A stretch of DNA of 11,173 nt, taken from Gammaproteobacteria bacterium (lineage in GTDB: Bacteria; Pseudomonadota; Gammaproteobacteria; UBA4575). The DNA is taken from NCBI GenBank assembly GCA_965221955.1, contig CBDCTA010000025.1, forward strand, positions 1-11,173. Direction: 5' to 3'. The translations under genes and the position numbers were made by a program. The notes under the pieces were generated by a model. That model did not search any database, was not told where the DNA came from, and worked only from the letters and a program-made list of their open reading frames with translations. Positions within the stretch are counted from its first letter, which is position 1; every line of letters starts with the position of its first letter. Shown here piece after piece: positions 10,002-11,173 of the stretch.

Positions 10002-10270
10002 CACTATTTTAGTAGTGCGATTGGGGTAGCTAGGTTGGTAATTTGAATGACAAGCTTTTTAACTTTTGTATGCGCTAAATTCGTGTGCCGAAATTGAGAT
10101 GAGACATTATTTTACTTCCGCATCTGCAAACCAATAAATCTCTAGTATAAAAAAAGATCGTGCAGGTATTTTGGTGTAAGCCCAAAAAAATTAGAAATAG
10201 CACAGGCCTTGAGAGCTTTTCATGTAGACCTTAGCAGGCTTGCATATCGTATTTTTTCCTGCAAAACCGT

Positions 10271-10344
<74 letters not shown>

Positions 10345-10368
10345 GTAAGAATAGAATAATAACAAAAA

Positions 10369-10570
10369 GCTGGATTTACTCAGGGCTAAAGCGGTTTCAC
10401 CGCAACGTTCAAATTCCCTGACACTCGCTACATCCATGTCGCTCGCTTGCAGGCAGACTTCGTCTGTGCAAATTGGCTTTCCTGCCAATTTGTCGAACCA
10501 CCCTTGCGTGTGGCGTATTACACGCAAACTAATGATCGCCCTGCGATACCAGGTTCAAACCGTACCATCT
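10369..10570 (-). ncRNA. tRNA-associated multi-hairpin element, RtT-like
   Basis: Dense hairpins at 10391-10403, 10454-10466, 10469-10492, 10504-10527 and 10535-10547, with closing pairs 10380-85/10416-21 and 10495-99/10552-56. The transcript strand has GGTTCGAC...CTGAGTAAATCC and ends in AATCCAGC, identical to part of the tRNA-Tyr T-arm. Family assignment is from recalled similarity to the E. coli tyrT repeat, not from a search. Confidence 0.55.
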
Positions 10571-10576
10571 CTAAAT

Positions 10577-10631
10577 ATTTTTATCACATACCAAGACATA
10601 GATTTCCTATGTCTTGGTATGTGATAAAAAT
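10577..10631. repeat. Perfect 25-bp inverted repeat (5-nt loop) abutting the tRNA-Tyr 3' end
   Basis: ATTTTTATCACATACCAAGACATAG (10577-10601), loop ATTTC, then CTATGTCTTGGTATGTGATAAAAAT (10607-10631), which is the exact reverse complement. Confidence 0.95.
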
Positions 10632-10715
10632 GGTGGAGGGGGCTGGATTCGAACCAGCGTACTCAGAGAGAACGGATTTACAGTCCGTCGCCTTTAACCA
10701 CTCGGCCACCCCTCC
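10631..10715 (-). tRNA. tRNA-Tyr (GTA)
   Basis: GGAGGGGTGGCCGAGTGGTTAAAGGCGACGGACTGTAAATCCGTTCTCTCTGAGTACGCTGGTTCGAATCCAGCCCCCTCCACCA: 85 nt, long variable arm, anticodon GTA. Confidence 0.98.
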
Positions 10716-10725
10716 AGGGCAAAGC

Positions 10726-10755
10726 ATTTTGCTCGACTCTACAGTTAGCTGTCAA
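10726..10755 (-). promoter_or_regulatory. Putative sigma70 promoter of the tRNA cluster
   Basis: The minus strand reads TTGACA (10755-10750), 18 nt, CAAAAT (10731-10726), ending 10 nt before tRNA-Tyr. Confidence 0.65.
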
Positions 10756-10914
10756 TATTGTGATCGAGTAGGTAATTCAAACTAAAAAATTACACGCTGG
10801 TAGCTAAATGCATTGTTAAGCGTCCGTAAAACGATTACGTTAGCATTCAGAATCCTGCCAACAACTACTCATTGGCTACAGGTAAATTTTTTTAATCAAT
10901 AGCTCTCTCAAAAA

Positions 10915-11173
10915 ATGAATGTAACAATTTATGGTTCTGGCTATGTAGGCTTAGTAACTGCAGCTTGTTTAGCTCAAGTTGGCAATAATGTTCTATGCGT
11001 GGATATCGATGCAGATAGAAATTAAAAAGCTTAAGCAATGCATTGTTCCAATCCATGAGCCAGGATTGCAAGAACTCATTCAAACTAACGTGGAAGCAAC
11101 ACGAATTGATTTTACCCTAGATGCCGAAGAAGGTATTCAGCACGGCTTGTTTCAATTTATTGCTGTCGGCACA
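10915..11173 (+). CDS. ugd: UDP-glucose/GDP-mannose 6-dehydrogenase family protein, 5' part (one +1 frameshift at 11019-11021; runs off the right edge)
   Basis: [32 protein letters not shown] carries the Rossmann GxGYVG motif. After removing one A it continues [20 protein letters not shown]...FQFIAVGT, matching the family's PIxEPGL and FIAVGT motifs. Not in the ORF track. Confidence 0.9.

Noticed and set aside
10345-10631. CRISPR array, integron attC array or prophage att site
   Set aside because: No regularly spaced direct repeats, no cassette ORFs and no integrase. The only tRNA duplication is 8 bp.
10892-11083. Minus-strand 63-aa ORF
   Set aside because: Antisense shadow of the plus-strand ugd gene.

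Overview
Core gammaproteobacterial transcription/translation locus, roughly 40% GC by eye. On the minus strand it reads tRNA-Tyr(GTA), tRNA-Gly(TCC), tRNA-Thr(GGT), tuf, tRNA-Trp(CCA), secE, nusG, rplK, rplA, L10 leader, rplJ, rplL, attenuator, rpoB and the 5' part of rpoC. A divergent UDP-glucose 6-dehydrogenase gene starts at the right edge. I see no transposase, integrase, CRISPR array or defence gene. The oddities lie in the right third. (1) The last 11 codons of tuf are repeated just downstream, differing only at synonymous positions. (2) tuf switches abruptly from G/T-ending to C/A-ending codons. (3) A ~200-bp multi-hairpin RtT-like element lies between tRNA-Tyr and tRNA-Gly and ends in a short copy of the tRNA-Tyr T-arm. 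(4) A perfect 25-bp inverted repeat abuts the tRNA-Tyr CCA. (5) Eight +1 homopolymer-type insertions break nusG (1), tuf (6) and ugd (1), and most likely are sequencing errors. I cannot support a wholly new system. The tuf mosaic and the tRNA-linked structured element are the best leads, and an assembly artefact must be excluded for the tuf signals.
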